Positions 26,129 through 35,670 are shown, counted from the first letter of the stretch. The stretch: 64,000 nucleotides of DNA from an uncultured Smithella sp. (GCA_964400795.1 CAYNWA010000003.1:89734-153733), one strand, 5' to 3'. Translations and numbers: made by a program. Notes: generated by a model not told the origin, from the letters alone.

Positions 26129-27271
26129 ATGGAAGTATACATCAATGACATCGCCGCATTCCTGCCGAACGATCCGGTGACCAACGACGAAATAGAAAAT
26201 GTTTTGGGAGCCGTGCACAATATTCCTTCACGGATAAAAAACAGAATTCTAAAAAACAACGGCATCGAAAAGCGTTACTATGCCATTGACCGTAAAACCG
26301 GTGAATTGAACTATACTAATGCCCAACTCACCGCGGAAGCCATACGCAGACTCAACCCCTATAAAGGCTTTTCAGTAAACGATATCGAACTGCTTTGTTG
26401 CGGAACATCCATGCCCGATGTGATTTTACCCGGACACGGTTTGATGGTTCAGGGAGAACTGGGCATTCCGTCGTGCGAGGTTATCACAACCGCAGGCATC
26501 TGCCTGTGCGGCATTACGTCTTTCAAGGCCGCTTATGCCAATGTTGCGTTAGGATTGAGCGTCAACGCCGTTTCCACAGGTTCGGAGCTGGCATCGTCAT
26601 TGTTGAAGTCGAATTTTTTTGAACATCTCAAAGGCGATCCTGATTTTAAGCATCATCCCGTCCTTCCTTTTGAGTCGGATTTCCTGCGCTGGATGCTCTC
26701 CGACGCGGCAGGCGCCGTTTTCATGTCCGGCAAAAAAAATCAAAACGGCATCTCATTGCGCGTGGACTGGATCGAAAGCGTTTCCTATGCCGGACAATTG
26801 GAAACCTGCATGTACGCCGGGGCGCATAAAAAAGAAGATGGCACGGTTATCGGCTGGCGTCAGCTCAATTCGCTGGAGGAAGCGCTGGCCAATAATTATT
26901 TCGCTCTGAAACAGGATACCGAACTGCTCAATCGGGAAGTTGTCCGCGTTACGGTCGACCTGGGTCTTTCACGCGCTGTCAGCCGGAGAAAAATCAAACC
27001 GCAGGAAATAGACTGGTATCTGCCTCATTATTCATCGGATTTTTTCAGGGACAGAATTTATAAAGCGATGGAAGGAATCGGTTTTGGAATTCCTTACGAA
27101 AAGTGGTTTTCCAACCTGGCCAACAAGGGCAACACGGGTTCCGCTTCCATTTATGTAATCATGGAAGAACTTTTCCATTCGGGTCAATTAAAGGCAGGGC
27201 AGAAACTTCTCTGTTTCATTCCGGAAAGCGGCCGGTTTTCCGTTGCCTATGTTCTGCTGACGGTAGTGTAG
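26129..27271 (+). CDS. FabH-like beta-ketoacyl synthase III, StlD/DarB-like
   Basis: 380 aa. N-terminus VYINDIAAFLPNDPVTNDEIENVLG...RILKNNGIEKRYYA and C-terminal NKGNTGSASIYVIMEEL resemble KAS III / DarB-type condensing enzymes. It starts 14 nt after the radical SAM gene. Confidence 0.72.
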   Translation: MEVYINDIAAFLPNDPVTNDEIENVLGAVHNIPSRIKNRILKNNGIEKRYYAIDRKTGELNYTNAQLTAEAIRRLNPYKGFSVNDIELLCCGTSMPDVILPGHGLMVQGELGIPSCEVITTAGICLCGITSFKAAYANVALGLSVNAVSTGSELASSLLKSNFFEHLKGDPDFKHHPVLPFESDFLRWMLSDAAGAVFMSGKKNQNGISLRVDWIESVSYAGQLETCMYAGAHKKEDGTVIGWRQLNSLEEALANNYFALKQDTELLNREVVRVTVDLGLSRAVSRRKIKPQEIDWYLPHYSSDFFRDRIYKAMEGIGFGIPYEKWFSNLANKGNTGSASIYVIMEELFHSGQLKAGQKLLCFIPESGRFSVAYVLLTVV

Positions 27272-27274
27272 ACT

Positions 27275-27565
27275 CTATTTTATATTCAGGTAATGTTTCC
27301 CCGCCAGAATAGGATGGCGATAAAACATGCGAGGGCCGGAATACCTCATCACCGCTTTGATCCTTTCTCTCATCTCCGGTTTATAGCAATGCACGGGGCA
27401 TTTTGAACACCGGGGTTTTTCTGTTTTGAGGGGACATTTTTCAAGACGTTTTTTGACATAATCAAAAAGGTCAAGGCATTGAGGACATAGGTGATCTATA
27501 CTGCCATGTTGATCACGGCAGTATAGATCAATCATCAGTTCAACCGTTTTGATTTCCCGCTCCAT
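27275..27565 (-). CDS. YgbA-like nitrous-oxide-stimulated-promoter family Cys-rich protein
   Basis: 96 aa. CRDQHG...CPQC...CP...CSKCPVHCYKPEMRERIK pattern. Last gene of the hcp operon. Confidence 0.65.
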   Translation of the reverse strand: MEREIKTVELMIDLYCRDQHGSIDHLCPQCLDLFDYVKKRLEKCPLKTEKPRCSKCPVHCYKPEMRERIKAVMRYSGPRMFYRHPILAGKHYLNIK

Positions 27566-27571
27566 GCTCTT

Positions 27572-28306
27572 TTACGAGTGCTTTAATATCTTTCCTCTTA
27601 AGCTCAGCACCATTTCCTTTATCGGGACTTTTTTATTCGCCAGTTCCAATCCTTTTTTCACAATCACCGGCATTCCCGAACAGCAGGGCACTTCCATGAC
27701 AACCACCGTCACGCTCTTGATGCCGGCGGTTTTGAAAATATCGGCAAACTTTTGCACATACTCCTGAACATCGTCGAATTTCGGACAACCCATCATCACC
27801 GCATTCCCTTTTATCAGGTCATCATGCAGGGAGGGAAAGGCGACGGCCGTGCAGTCCGCCAGGACCAGCAGGTCGGCGCCTTTCAGGAAGGGTGCACTGG
27901 CCGGAATCAGTTTGATCTGAATCGGCCAGTGGGTGAGGGCGGATTCTTGTTCTACATTTTCGAAGTGCTTCGGCTTGTTCGCCTCTGCGCAAGCGGTGGG
28001 TTTGTCAAAAATCTGAATGTGAGTTGACGGACAGCCGCACGGCAGAGTCGCATCTTTCTTTTCTGCCAGATGCTTTTTGACGGCTTCTTCATCAAAGGGA
28101 GACGCTTCACGCTCGACGATTTTCAGAGCGTCGGTTGGACATTCTCCAATGCAGGCACCCAAACCGTCGCAGAACGTTTCCGAAACCACCCTGGCCTTGC
28201 CGTCAATGATTTGCAGGGCGCCTTCGGCGCAGCCGGTCACACAGTTGCCGCAACCGTTACACAATTCTTCGTCAATCTCGATAATCTTGCGTAATATTTT
28301 TTTCAT
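27572..28306 (-). CDS. Hcp-associated iron-sulfur protein (2x[4Fe-4S] ferredoxin domain plus Cys-rich C-terminal domain)
   Basis: 244 aa. Motifs CNGCGNCVTGCAEGA and CDGLGACIGECPTDA. Located between hcp and the ygbA-like gene. Confidence 0.75.
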   Translation of the reverse strand: MKKILRKIIEIDEELCNGCGNCVTGCAEGALQIIDGKARVVSETFCDGLGACIGECPTDALKIVEREASPFDEEAVKKHLAEKKDATLPCGCPSTHIQIFDKPTACAEANKPKHFENVEQESALTHWPIQIKLIPASAPFLKGADLLVLADCTAVAFPSLHDDLIKGNAVMMGCPKFDDVQEYVQKFADIFKTAGIKSVTVVVMEVPCCSGMPVIVKKGLELANKKVPIKEMVLSLRGKILKHS

Positions 28307-28344
28307 GCGTTCACCTTTTTAAAAATCATTTTCCTCGGTAACTT

Positions 28345-28428
28345 CCCCGCCCCTGGTGGGCGGGGATTGAGGGGCGGGGGTAAGCTTTGTTTTCACCCTC
28401 CCCCATACCCCTCCCATCAAGGGAGGGG
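28345..28428 (-). other. GC-rich intercistronic element: two 8-bp G/C hairpins and G-tract runs
   Basis: CCCCGCCC(28345-52)/GGGCGGGG(28358-65) and CCCCTCCC(28408-15)/GGGAGGGG(21-28). G-runs lie on the plus strand at 28358-28380. The mRNA-sense (minus) strand carries GGGAGGGGUAUGGGGGAGGG. Confidence 0.7.
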
Positions 28429-28439
28429 TGATGAATGCA

Positions 28440-30077
28440 TTACTGCCCTTTCATCATCGCCGCGACATCCTCATTCAGCGCGCCGATCGGTTTGATGTTG
28501 AATTTTTCCACCAAAACCTTGGCGACGTTGGGCGTTAAAAATCCCGGCAGCGTCGGTCCCAGACGCATGCCCTTTACGCCCAGATAAAGCAGCGCCAGCA
28601 ACACCGCCACGGCTTTTTGCTCGTACCAGGCGATGTCGAAAGAAATCGGCAGTTCATTGATGTCTTTCAATCCGAATACTTCTTTTAATTTTAGAGCGAT
28701 GACTGCCAGCGAGTAGCAATCGTTGCACTGACCGGCATCGAGCACTCTGGGAATGCCGCCGATATCGCCCAGAGGTAGTTTGTTGTAACGGTACTTGGCG
28801 CACCCGGCCGTAAGAATCACGGTGTCGTTGGGCAGAGCCTGAGCCACCTCCGTAAAATAGCTTCGCGTCTTGTGGCGTCCGTCGCAGCCGGCCATCACAA
28901 CAAAGCGTTTGATCGCGCCGGATTTCACGGCATCCACTACTTTATCCGCCAGCGCCAGAACCTGGTTATGGGCAAATCCGCCGACAATCTTGCCGGTTTC
29001 AATCTCCCTGGGGGGCGGACAGGTTTTGGCCAGGGCAATCACCGCCGAAAAATCTTTCGCGCCTCCCGCCGGTCTGTCCGCGATATGTTTGGCGTCAGGA
29101 TAGCTGACGTTTCCGGTCGTAAAAAGCCTGCCCAGATAGGTGTTTTCCTTTTTCACGGGAACCAGACAGTTGGTCGTCAGGATAATCGGGCCGTTGAAGG
29201 TTTCGAAGTCCTCGTTCTGATGCCACCACGATGAACCGTAATTACCCGCGAAATGGCCGTATTTCTTAAAAGCCGGATAATAGTGTGCCGGCAGCATCTC
29301 CCCATGCGTGTAAACATCGACACCGGTACCTTCTGTCTGTTTGAGAAGTTCTTCCAGATCTTTGAGGTCATGGCCGGAAATCAGGATGCCCGGATTGCCG
29401 CGCACACCGGTATTCACCTGCGTGATTTCTGGATGACCGTATGTTTCAGTGTTGGCCTTATCCAGAAGCGCCATGGTGTTCACCGCCGTCTCGCCAGCCT
29501 TCATGACCAGCGCGACAAGCTCGTCCGCTGTAAGATCCCGCGTGGTGGCCGCCAGCGCCTTAAAGACAAAACGGTAAATGTCGTCGCTTTCAAAACCCAG
29601 AACCGCCGCGTGATCGGCATAGGCGCAGATTCCCTTGAGACCGAACACCAGCAGGGATCTCAGCGACCGAACATCCTCGCTCGGAGAGGCGTTGATGCGC
29701 ACTGCGTCCGCGGCGGCTTTGACCAAAATATCGTCTTTGCTCTTCGGCGTCCACACGGCGCAGTCGGGCAAACTGCCGGAAATGCTTGAGGCGGCCTTGG
29801 TCTTCACATCTTCTCTAACCTTCAGCGCGTCCTCAATCTTTATGATAATGACCTCGTCATTCCACGCAACGTTGGTGATAGTGACGAAAAGCGACTCGCA
29901 GACAAAACGCCCGATTTTCTTATCTACAGTATCGAGCGCTTCAGCATAAACCGAAATACCTTTACAAACATAAATAAGCAGATCCTGGAGATTCGCCGTC
30001 ATTTCGGGTTTACCGCAAAAGCCTTTGATCGTGCATCCCTGATTTTTGATCGTTTCCTGACACTGATAACAAAACAT
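28440..30077 (-). CDS. hcp: Hybrid cluster protein / hydroxylamine reductase
   Basis: 545 aa. N-terminal MFCYQCQET...C...GFCGK Cys motif and full-length Hcp-like sequence. Confidence 0.95.
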   Translation of the reverse strand: MFCYQCQETIKNQGCTIKGFCGKPEMTANLQDLLIYVCKGISVYAEALDTVDKKIGRFVCESLFVTITNVAWNDEVIIIKIEDALKVREDVKTKAASSISGSLPDCAVWTPKSKDDILVKAAADAVRINASPSEDVRSLRSLLVFGLKGICAYADHAAVLGFESDDIYRFVFKALAATTRDLTADELVALVMKAGETAVNTMALLDKANTETYGHPEITQVNTGVRGNPGILISGHDLKDLEELLKQTEGTGVDVYTHGEMLPAHYYPAFKKYGHFAGNYGSSWWHQNEDFETFNGPIILTTNCLVPVKKENTYLGRLFTTGNVSYPDAKHIADRPAGGAKDFSAVIALAKTCPPPREIETGKIVGGFAHNQVLALADKVVDAVKSGAIKRFVVMAGCDGRHKTRSYFTEVAQALPNDTVILTAGCAKYRYNKLPLGDIGGIPRVLDAGQCNDCYSLAVIALKLKEVFGLKDINELPISFDIAWYEQKAVAVLLALLYLGVKGMRLGPTLPGFLTPNVAKVLVEKFNIKPIGALNEDVAAMMKGQ

Positions 30078-30144
30078 ATGAAACCTCCTTAAAAGATTCT
30101 TTGTTTTTTGTTTGCCAGTATAGTTAAAATAATTTTACGTATCC

Positions 30145-30158
30145 TTGACTTATGTTAA
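30145..30158. promoter_or_regulatory. Crp/Fnr-type inverted repeat (candidate HcpR operator) in the hcp / regulator divergent region
   Basis: TTGAC-ttat-GTTAA (9 of 10 palindromic, FNR-like spacing), 68-81 nt upstream of the hcp ATG and 36-49 nt upstream of the regulator ATG. Confidence 0.4.
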
Positions 30159-30193
30159 GAAAAAGATATATTTTTCTCCTAAGGACGTAAACC

Positions 30194-30883
30194 ATGAAAA
30201 AAGCACGGGATATTCTGATCAGAAGCCAGCTTTTCGGCGGATTGTCGGGAGAGTATATCACAGAAATTGAAAAAATTGCAGTCGATAAGCATTACAACAA
30301 AGGCGATATCATTTTTTACGACGGTGACGAGGGAAACGGCTTTTATCTGGTTGCCGCGGGCAGCGTCAGTGTTTACAAACTCTCTCCGGACGGCAAAGAA
30401 CAGATTTTTCATATCGTGAAAGAGGGTGAAACCATCGGCGCGGTGCCTGTTTTTTCCGGCAAATCATTTCCGGCCAATGCGAAAGCTATTTCAAAGAGTC
30501 ATCTTTTATTTTTCGACCGGAAAAAATTCATTCAGCTCATTACCGGCAAACCCAATCTCACGATGAACATTCTGGCCCTCCTTTCCATGCGCTTGCGGGA
30601 ATTCACCATCCAGGTGGAAAACCTGTCGCTCAAGGAAATACCAGGACGCCTGGCCTCTTATCTGCTTTATCTTTCGCGGGAGCAGGGCAACAAAGATTTA
30701 ATCAATCTGAATATCTCGAAAGTGCAGCTTGCCAACCTGCTGGGCACGGGACCGGAATCCCTTTCCCGCGCTCTGGGGAACATGAAGAACAAAAAACTGA
30801 TCGCGGAAAAAGGCACCAACATCAGACTGATTAACCGTGATCTGCTGGAAGAACTTGCCGAAAGGGGTAAAGGCTCACGATAA
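30194..30883 (+). CDS. Crp/Fnr family transcriptional regulator (HcpR-like by context)
   Basis: 229 aa. cNMP-binding-like beta-roll plus a C-terminal HTH (ISKVQLANLLGTGPESLSRALGNM). Divergent from hcp. Confidence 0.8.
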   Translation: MKKARDILIRSQLFGGLSGEYITEIEKIAVDKHYNKGDIIFYDGDEGNGFYLVAAGSVSVYKLSPDGKEQIFHIVKEGETIGAVPVFSGKSFPANAKAISKSHLLFFDRKKFIQLITGKPNLTMNILALLSMRLREFTIQVENLSLKEIPGRLASYLLYLSREQGNKDLINLNISKVQLANLLGTGPESLSRALGNMKNKKLIAEKGTNIRLINRDLLEELAERGKGSR

Positions 30884-31033
30884 AAAGCCAATTGGAATTC
30901 ATAAATTCTCCATTGACAGCTCATTATTTAAAGCGTATCTGATAAACCAATTGCGTCTGTGATTAATCAACAAAATTATCAATTTTATGGAGTTCATCGT
31001 GGTAAGGATTAGTAAGAAGTTACCACTCGTCAG

Positions 31034-31073
31034 CCTCAGAGGGGTTATTGAACCCTTATGAGGTTTCTTTTTT
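31034..31073 (+). terminator. Intrinsic terminator
   Basis: CCTCAGAGGGGTT-attg-AACCCTTATGAGG (12-13 bp, one mismatch) followed by TTTCTTTTTT. It lies 150 nt after the regulator stop. Confidence 0.7.
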
Positions 31074-31121
31074 AGTTTCGATTACAACATCAATCTTTAA
31101 CTGAAAAGGGAGGAAGGTATT

Positions 31122-32096
31122 ATGAAAGTATTGATCACGGGTGGAACAGGTTTTGTCGGTCGGCATCTGCTGCGCCGTATGGCACAAACCAAGCATGAGA
31201 TTTACTGCCTGGCGCGCAAGACCAGCGATACCAGGCAGCTAAAGGATCTTGGCGCTCATATCGTCGTGGGGGATGTGACCAACCGGTCTTCTCTTAGAGA
31301 GGGTATGCGCGGCTGCGAGTGGGTTTTCAACCTTGCCAATGTGTATTCCTGGTGGGAACCGGACAAGGATATCTACCGTCGCGTAAATGTTGAGGGTACG
31401 CGCAATGTTATGGAGTGCGCTTTGGAAGCAGGGATTTCCAAAGTTGTGCATGTCAGCACCATGGGGATTTGGGGCAAACCGAACGAACTGCCCTTCAAGG
31501 AAGAGACGCCGGTCGGTCCGGTTAGGGAAAGCGAGTATTGCCGAACAAAATATGAAGGCGATCAGATTGCCTGGCAGTATTATCGGGGAAAAGGGTTGCC
31601 CCTGGTGATGGTCTATCCCTGTGCGGTGTTGGGAAACGGCGATTCTAAAATGACCGGATCATCGATCAAACTTTTTATAGAACGTCGTATGCCGGCCAGG
31701 ATTTTCGACGACAGGATTTTAACGTATGTGCATGTTCAAGATGTGGCGGAAGCCATTCTCAGAGCAGCAGAAAAGACGGACAATCTGGGCGAGAAATATA
31801 TCATCGGCAATTCCCGTCTTTCCTTTAGCGATTTTTATGCGCTTGTCAGTGATGTTTCCGGTGTGGCCTCGCCGAAACTGCGTTTGCCGGATTCTCTGGT
31901 AATTCTCAACGCCCATGTGCTGACCTGTCTTGCCGACATCATCAAACGCCCCCCGCTTTGGGGCATGTCCATCGATGCCATTCGGGAAATGCAGCATGGT
32001 ATGATTGCAGATGGCAGCAAGGCCGAGCGTGAATTGGGGCTTGTCTATACTCCCATTAGAAAGGCTGTTGAGGAAGAAGTCTCTGATATGAGATGA
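31122..32096 (+). CDS. NAD-dependent epimerase/dehydratase family (extended SDR) protein
   Basis: 324 aa. N-terminal VLITGGTGFVGRHL Rossmann motif and YxxxK (YCRTKYEGD). Confidence 0.8.
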   Translation: MKVLITGGTGFVGRHLLRRMAQTKHEIYCLARKTSDTRQLKDLGAHIVVGDVTNRSSLREGMRGCEWVFNLANVYSWWEPDKDIYRRVNVEGTRNVMECALEAGISKVVHVSTMGIWGKPNELPFKEETPVGPVRESEYCRTKYEGDQIAWQYYRGKGLPLVMVYPCAVLGNGDSKMTGSSIKLFIERRMPARIFDDRILTYVHVQDVAEAILRAAEKTDNLGEKYIIGNSRLSFSDFYALVSDVSGVASPKLRLPDSLVILNAHVLTCLADIIKRPPLWGMSIDAIREMQHGMIADGSKAERELGLVYTPIRKAVEEEVSDMR

Positions 32097-32159
32097 TTAA
32101 GCATCATGCCGCAGGAACTTGCCGAGAAAAGTATATGCTCCCGTTAAAGAAGCCATGTC

Positions 32160-32912
32160 ATGGGTTTGTTGACGAAAATGTTGAATCTTGATTACATTAA
32201 AAATCATACTAAAATAATCATACTTGTTCTGCTTCTTTACGTGCTGGGGCTTATATCCGGATTCATATTTCTGATTTTTCTTTTTACGGGTTCCTATGCG
32301 GTTATTGATTTTGGCCTGAGAACGAGAGATGCTTTATGGATGGACGGTTTTTTATCGCTGATATTTTTTCTGCAACACAGCATTATGGTGCGGAAGGGTT
32401 TTAAAAAATGGCTGGGACATTTCATGCCGGAAATGTATCATGCTGCATGCTACGGAATGGCATCTGCCGTAACCTTGATAATGGTTTTGATTTTCTGGCA
32501 GAAAACTTCAATTGTGGTGGCACACACGGAAGGAATAGCTTTTGCGTTGATGCGCGCTTTATTTCTTCTGTGTATGGCCGGATTTGTTTGGGCAGCAAAA
32601 TCCATTGATTCCCTGGATGTGTTGGGAGTTAATTTACTTATAGGCAAAAAACCGGACAAACCGCAAAAAATTATCGGCAGGGGACCCTATCGCTGGTCAC
32701 GGCATCCGATTTATCTTTTTGTGATCATTTTAATCTGGGCTTGTCCTGTATTGACGATGGACAGATTGCTCTTCAATATCCTATGGAGTGTCTGGATCGT
32801 TATGGGGACTTTTCTGGAAGACAGAGATCTTCATAAAGAATTCGGCAGCCAGTACCTTGAGTACAGCTCGCGCGTGCCGATGCTGATTCCTTACCGCATA
32901 CCGAAAAAATAA
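32160..32912 (+). CDS. Integral-membrane methyltransferase family protein (ICMT/PEMT-like)
   Basis: 250 aa, multi-TM. C-terminal GPYRWSRHPIYLF...LEDRDLHKEFGSQYLEY resembles the ICMT/PEMT signature. Confidence 0.6.
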   Translation: MGLLTKMLNLDYIKNHTKIIILVLLLYVLGLISGFIFLIFLFTGSYAVIDFGLRTRDALWMDGFLSLIFFLQHSIMVRKGFKKWLGHFMPEMYHAACYGMASAVTLIMVLIFWQKTSIVVAHTEGIAFALMRALFLLCMAGFVWAAKSIDSLDVLGVNLLIGKKPDKPQKIIGRGPYRWSRHPIYLFVIILIWACPVLTMDRLLFNILWSVWIVMGTFLEDRDLHKEFGSQYLEYSSRVPMLIPYRIPKK

Positions 32913-32938
32913 TCCGTTGAATGAAAGACGGAAGGTCA

Positions 32939-33829
32939 TCAGTGATTGATAAATAAACCGATGGCCATCAACACAGGCGTGCTGATATTGATGATGACAT
33001 TTTTGACCATATACGGAATGAGATTTGGAATATCATCGGCGTGGCGGATAACGCCGCGCATGACGGGTACAGCCAGAATCAGTGTCAAAAGCCCGAGCAA
33101 TGCACCCTGCGGAAGCACTTCAAGAAGACAAGCAAAAAATATCACTATATAAGTTAAAATCAAAAAAAGAACATACACTCGCGCACCAGCCGGGCGTCCG
33201 ATTCGTATCAGCAGATGATCACGACCGTATTGCCTGTCAGGCTCGACATCGGGAAACTGATTGAGAAGCAGCAGGTCGTTGACCAGAAAAAACGGCACCA
33301 GCGATGCAACGGCCGCCGGCCAGGAATAATGTCCGGTCAAGATAAAATCGGTGCCCATCACCATCAAAGGACCGAAACCCAGCCCCGGTGCAATCAGACA
33401 CAGAAACGGACTGCGCGTAAGCAAAGGCGTGTATGTATAGATAATGACAAGACCGAGAATGCCGACCGCTAATATCCAGGGGCCGCGCTCAATGACAAAG
33501 TAAATACCGATACAGGCAACCAGAACAATGCTGACGATGCCGCTAATTAAAGCCAGATGCGCTTTTGTGGGATTGTTGGGCAGCGTCTTGGTGCCGCCGG
33601 AAAACGGCGTTGCCTCGGTGACGAGATCAAGACCGCTTTTGAAATCATGATATTCGTTGAGCGCGTTGACGCTGATGTGCGCCATGAGAGCGCCTGTTAG
33701 TATAAGGACAATATATAAAGGATTCAGAGCCGCACCGGACCAGAATGCCGTCGCAATTCCCAAAAGAACACAGGCCGGCGTTAAAATTAAAAAATTTGGC
33801 CGTATGGGGCCAATCCAGACATTATTCAT
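32939..33829 (-). CDS. UbiA-family aromatic prenyltransferase
   Basis: 296 aa, ~8-9 TM. NALNEYHDFKSGLD (NxxxDxxxD-type motif) and a second Asp-rich region (DVEPDRQYGRDHL). Confidence 0.72.
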   Translation of the reverse strand: MNNVWIGPIRPNFLILTPACVLLGIATAFWSGAALNPLYIVLILTGALMAHISVNALNEYHDFKSGLDLVTEATPFSGGTKTLPNNPTKAHLALISGIVSIVLVACIGIYFVIERGPWILAVGILGLVIIYTYTPLLTRSPFLCLIAPGLGFGPLMVMGTDFILTGHYSWPAAVASLVPFFLVNDLLLLNQFPDVEPDRQYGRDHLLIRIGRPAGARVYVLFLILTYIVIFFACLLEVLPQGALLGLLTLILAVPVMRGVIRHADDIPNLIPYMVKNVIINISTPVLMAIGLFINH

Positions 33830-33866
33830 CAGATTCTCTGTTGTTGTTTACACCAAAAGGTATACA

Positions 33867-34220
33867 TTACCCGGCAGCTTTTATGATCGCCTCTTCAATT
33901 ACTTTTGCATCTTCACCTATAAAGGGATTAAATATATCCGTATCAATTTCGCCTTTTACCGTGAAACTGTTTTCATCAAAGTCGACCGTGATGGCGTAGG
34001 TGCTGTTTCCCGATTTACGACTCATTTTGATTAAACCATATTCTTTGTCTTGCCGGTCAATTCTATAACCCATTTGCGTGCCCTTATCGATTGCGGCGGC
34101 AAACATCTTTTCGTAGTGATCTATAAATTTTTGTTGATCAAACTTGACCGGATTTCTGACAATTTGGGCGCATGATATTAAAAACAACACAGCCAACAAT
34201 AACGATATTTTTTTTGCCAT
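33867..34220 (-). CDS. Small lipoprotein, unknown function
   Basis: 117 aa. Signal peptide with lipobox (LFLISC). Confidence 0.5.
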   Translation of the reverse strand: MAKKISLLLAVLFLISCAQIVRNPVKFDQQKFIDHYEKMFAAAIDKGTQMGYRIDRQDKEYGLIKMSRKSGNSTYAITVDFDENSFTVKGEIDTDIFNPFIGEDAKVIEEAIIKAAG

Positions 34221-34474
34221 GGCTTTTTCTCCTTACCCAAATGTTGCTTGTTGTTGGTCAGATAAAAGCTTCAATTTCCTGAATCACTTTTTATTCTTTC
34301 CGGGAAGTATGTCAAGAGAAATATTGATAACATTTAAAAAGGAATCCGGCAGTAACCGTTTTCATCCGGTTGCCCCTTGACTTCAAGAGCGCAATGTTGT
34401 TACTTCTTTGTCGTATTATTTAGGTAAATCGTTTAAAAAAGCAATGGTGGCAAAAGCACCTACAAGGAGAAAAA

Positions 34475-35617
34475 ATGAATTTTGAATTAACCGAAGAAAT
34501 GAAAATGTTGAAGGAGATGGCCTATAAATTCGCGGTGTCGGAAATAAAACCCATTTCGCAGGAATGCGACGAACACGAAAAATACCTGCCGGAAATTAGA
34601 AAAAAAGCTGCTACAAACGGTCTGGTCGGCGCGTGGATTCCGGAACAGTATGGAGGTCCCGGCGCCGGAATTTTGGGTAATGCCATTATCACGGAAGAAA
34701 TATCAAAAATTGATATGGGTATCGGCCTCAATATTGTTGCATCCGGTTTCGGTTGCGAATCCATTCTGAATTACGGGACCGAAGAGCAGAAGAAAACCTA
34801 TCTGCCACCGATATGTTCCGGCGAGAAAGTATGTGCCGGTGCCTATACGGAACCCAATGCGGGGACTGATGTTGCCGGTTACAAAACCCGTGCTGTCAAA
34901 GACGGCGGGGATTATATCATCAACGGCAACAAGATGTTCATTACCAACGGCACGGTTTGCGATTTTATGGTCGCTCAGTGCATTACCAATCCTAAAGAAA
35001 AAAAGCACTCGAGCTTCAGCCTGATTATTGTTCCGGCGGATGCCAAAGGAATCACGCGCAACAAAATACACGGCAAGATGGGCATCCGCGCCAGCGATAC
35101 CGCGGAAATCGCGTTTGAGGATGTGCGCGTTCCACAAACCAATCTTGTCGGCAAGGAAGGGCAGGGGTTCCGCCAGCTCATGCACTTTTTCGATATCACC
35201 CGCGTCATGGTTTCCGGTCAGGCACTGGGGATTTCGGAGGCATGTCTGGAAACCAGCATCAAATATGTCAAGGAAAGAACGGCCTTCGGCGCGCCGCTGG
35301 GTTCCTATCAGATGACCCAGATGAAACTTACAGAGATGGCGATAAGGATTGAGGCATTGCGTGGACTGGTGTACAAAGCCGCCTGGTTGATTGATCAGGG
35401 CAAACCCGATTACACGCTGGCCGCGATGGCGAAGTTCTATGGTGGACAGACTGCCGTATTTTGCGCCAATTACGCCGTGGAACTGCACGGCGGCTATGGT
35501 TATATTGAGGAATATCCCGTACAGAAATGGTATCGCGATGCGAAAATTCTGGAACTCTACGAAGGAACCAAGGAAGCCGAAATGATGACAATCGGACGGG
35601 CGCTTCAGGCAAGATAA
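34475..35617 (+). CDS. Acyl-CoA dehydrogenase
   Basis: 380 aa with typical ACAD motifs (AYTEPNAGTDVA, GGYGYIEEYPVQKWYRDAKILELYEGT). Confidence 0.9.
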   Translation: MNFELTEEMKMLKEMAYKFAVSEIKPISQECDEHEKYLPEIRKKAATNGLVGAWIPEQYGGPGAGILGNAIITEEISKIDMGIGLNIVASGFGCESILNYGTEEQKKTYLPPICSGEKVCAGAYTEPNAGTDVAGYKTRAVKDGGDYIINGNKMFITNGTVCDFMVAQCITNPKEKKHSSFSLIIVPADAKGITRNKIHGKMGIRASDTAEIAFEDVRVPQTNLVGKEGQGFRQLMHFFDITRVMVSGQALGISEACLETSIKYVKERTAFGAPLGSYQMTQMKLTEMAIRIEALRGLVYKAAWLIDQGKPDYTLAAMAKFYGGQTAVFCANYAVELHGGYGYIEEYPVQKWYRDAKILELYEGTKEAEMMTIGRALQAR

Positions 35618-35670
35618 AAGAAGGGAGTCAAAGAGCAACATTCCTTGACCCCCTTAAAAAGCTTTTAAGC

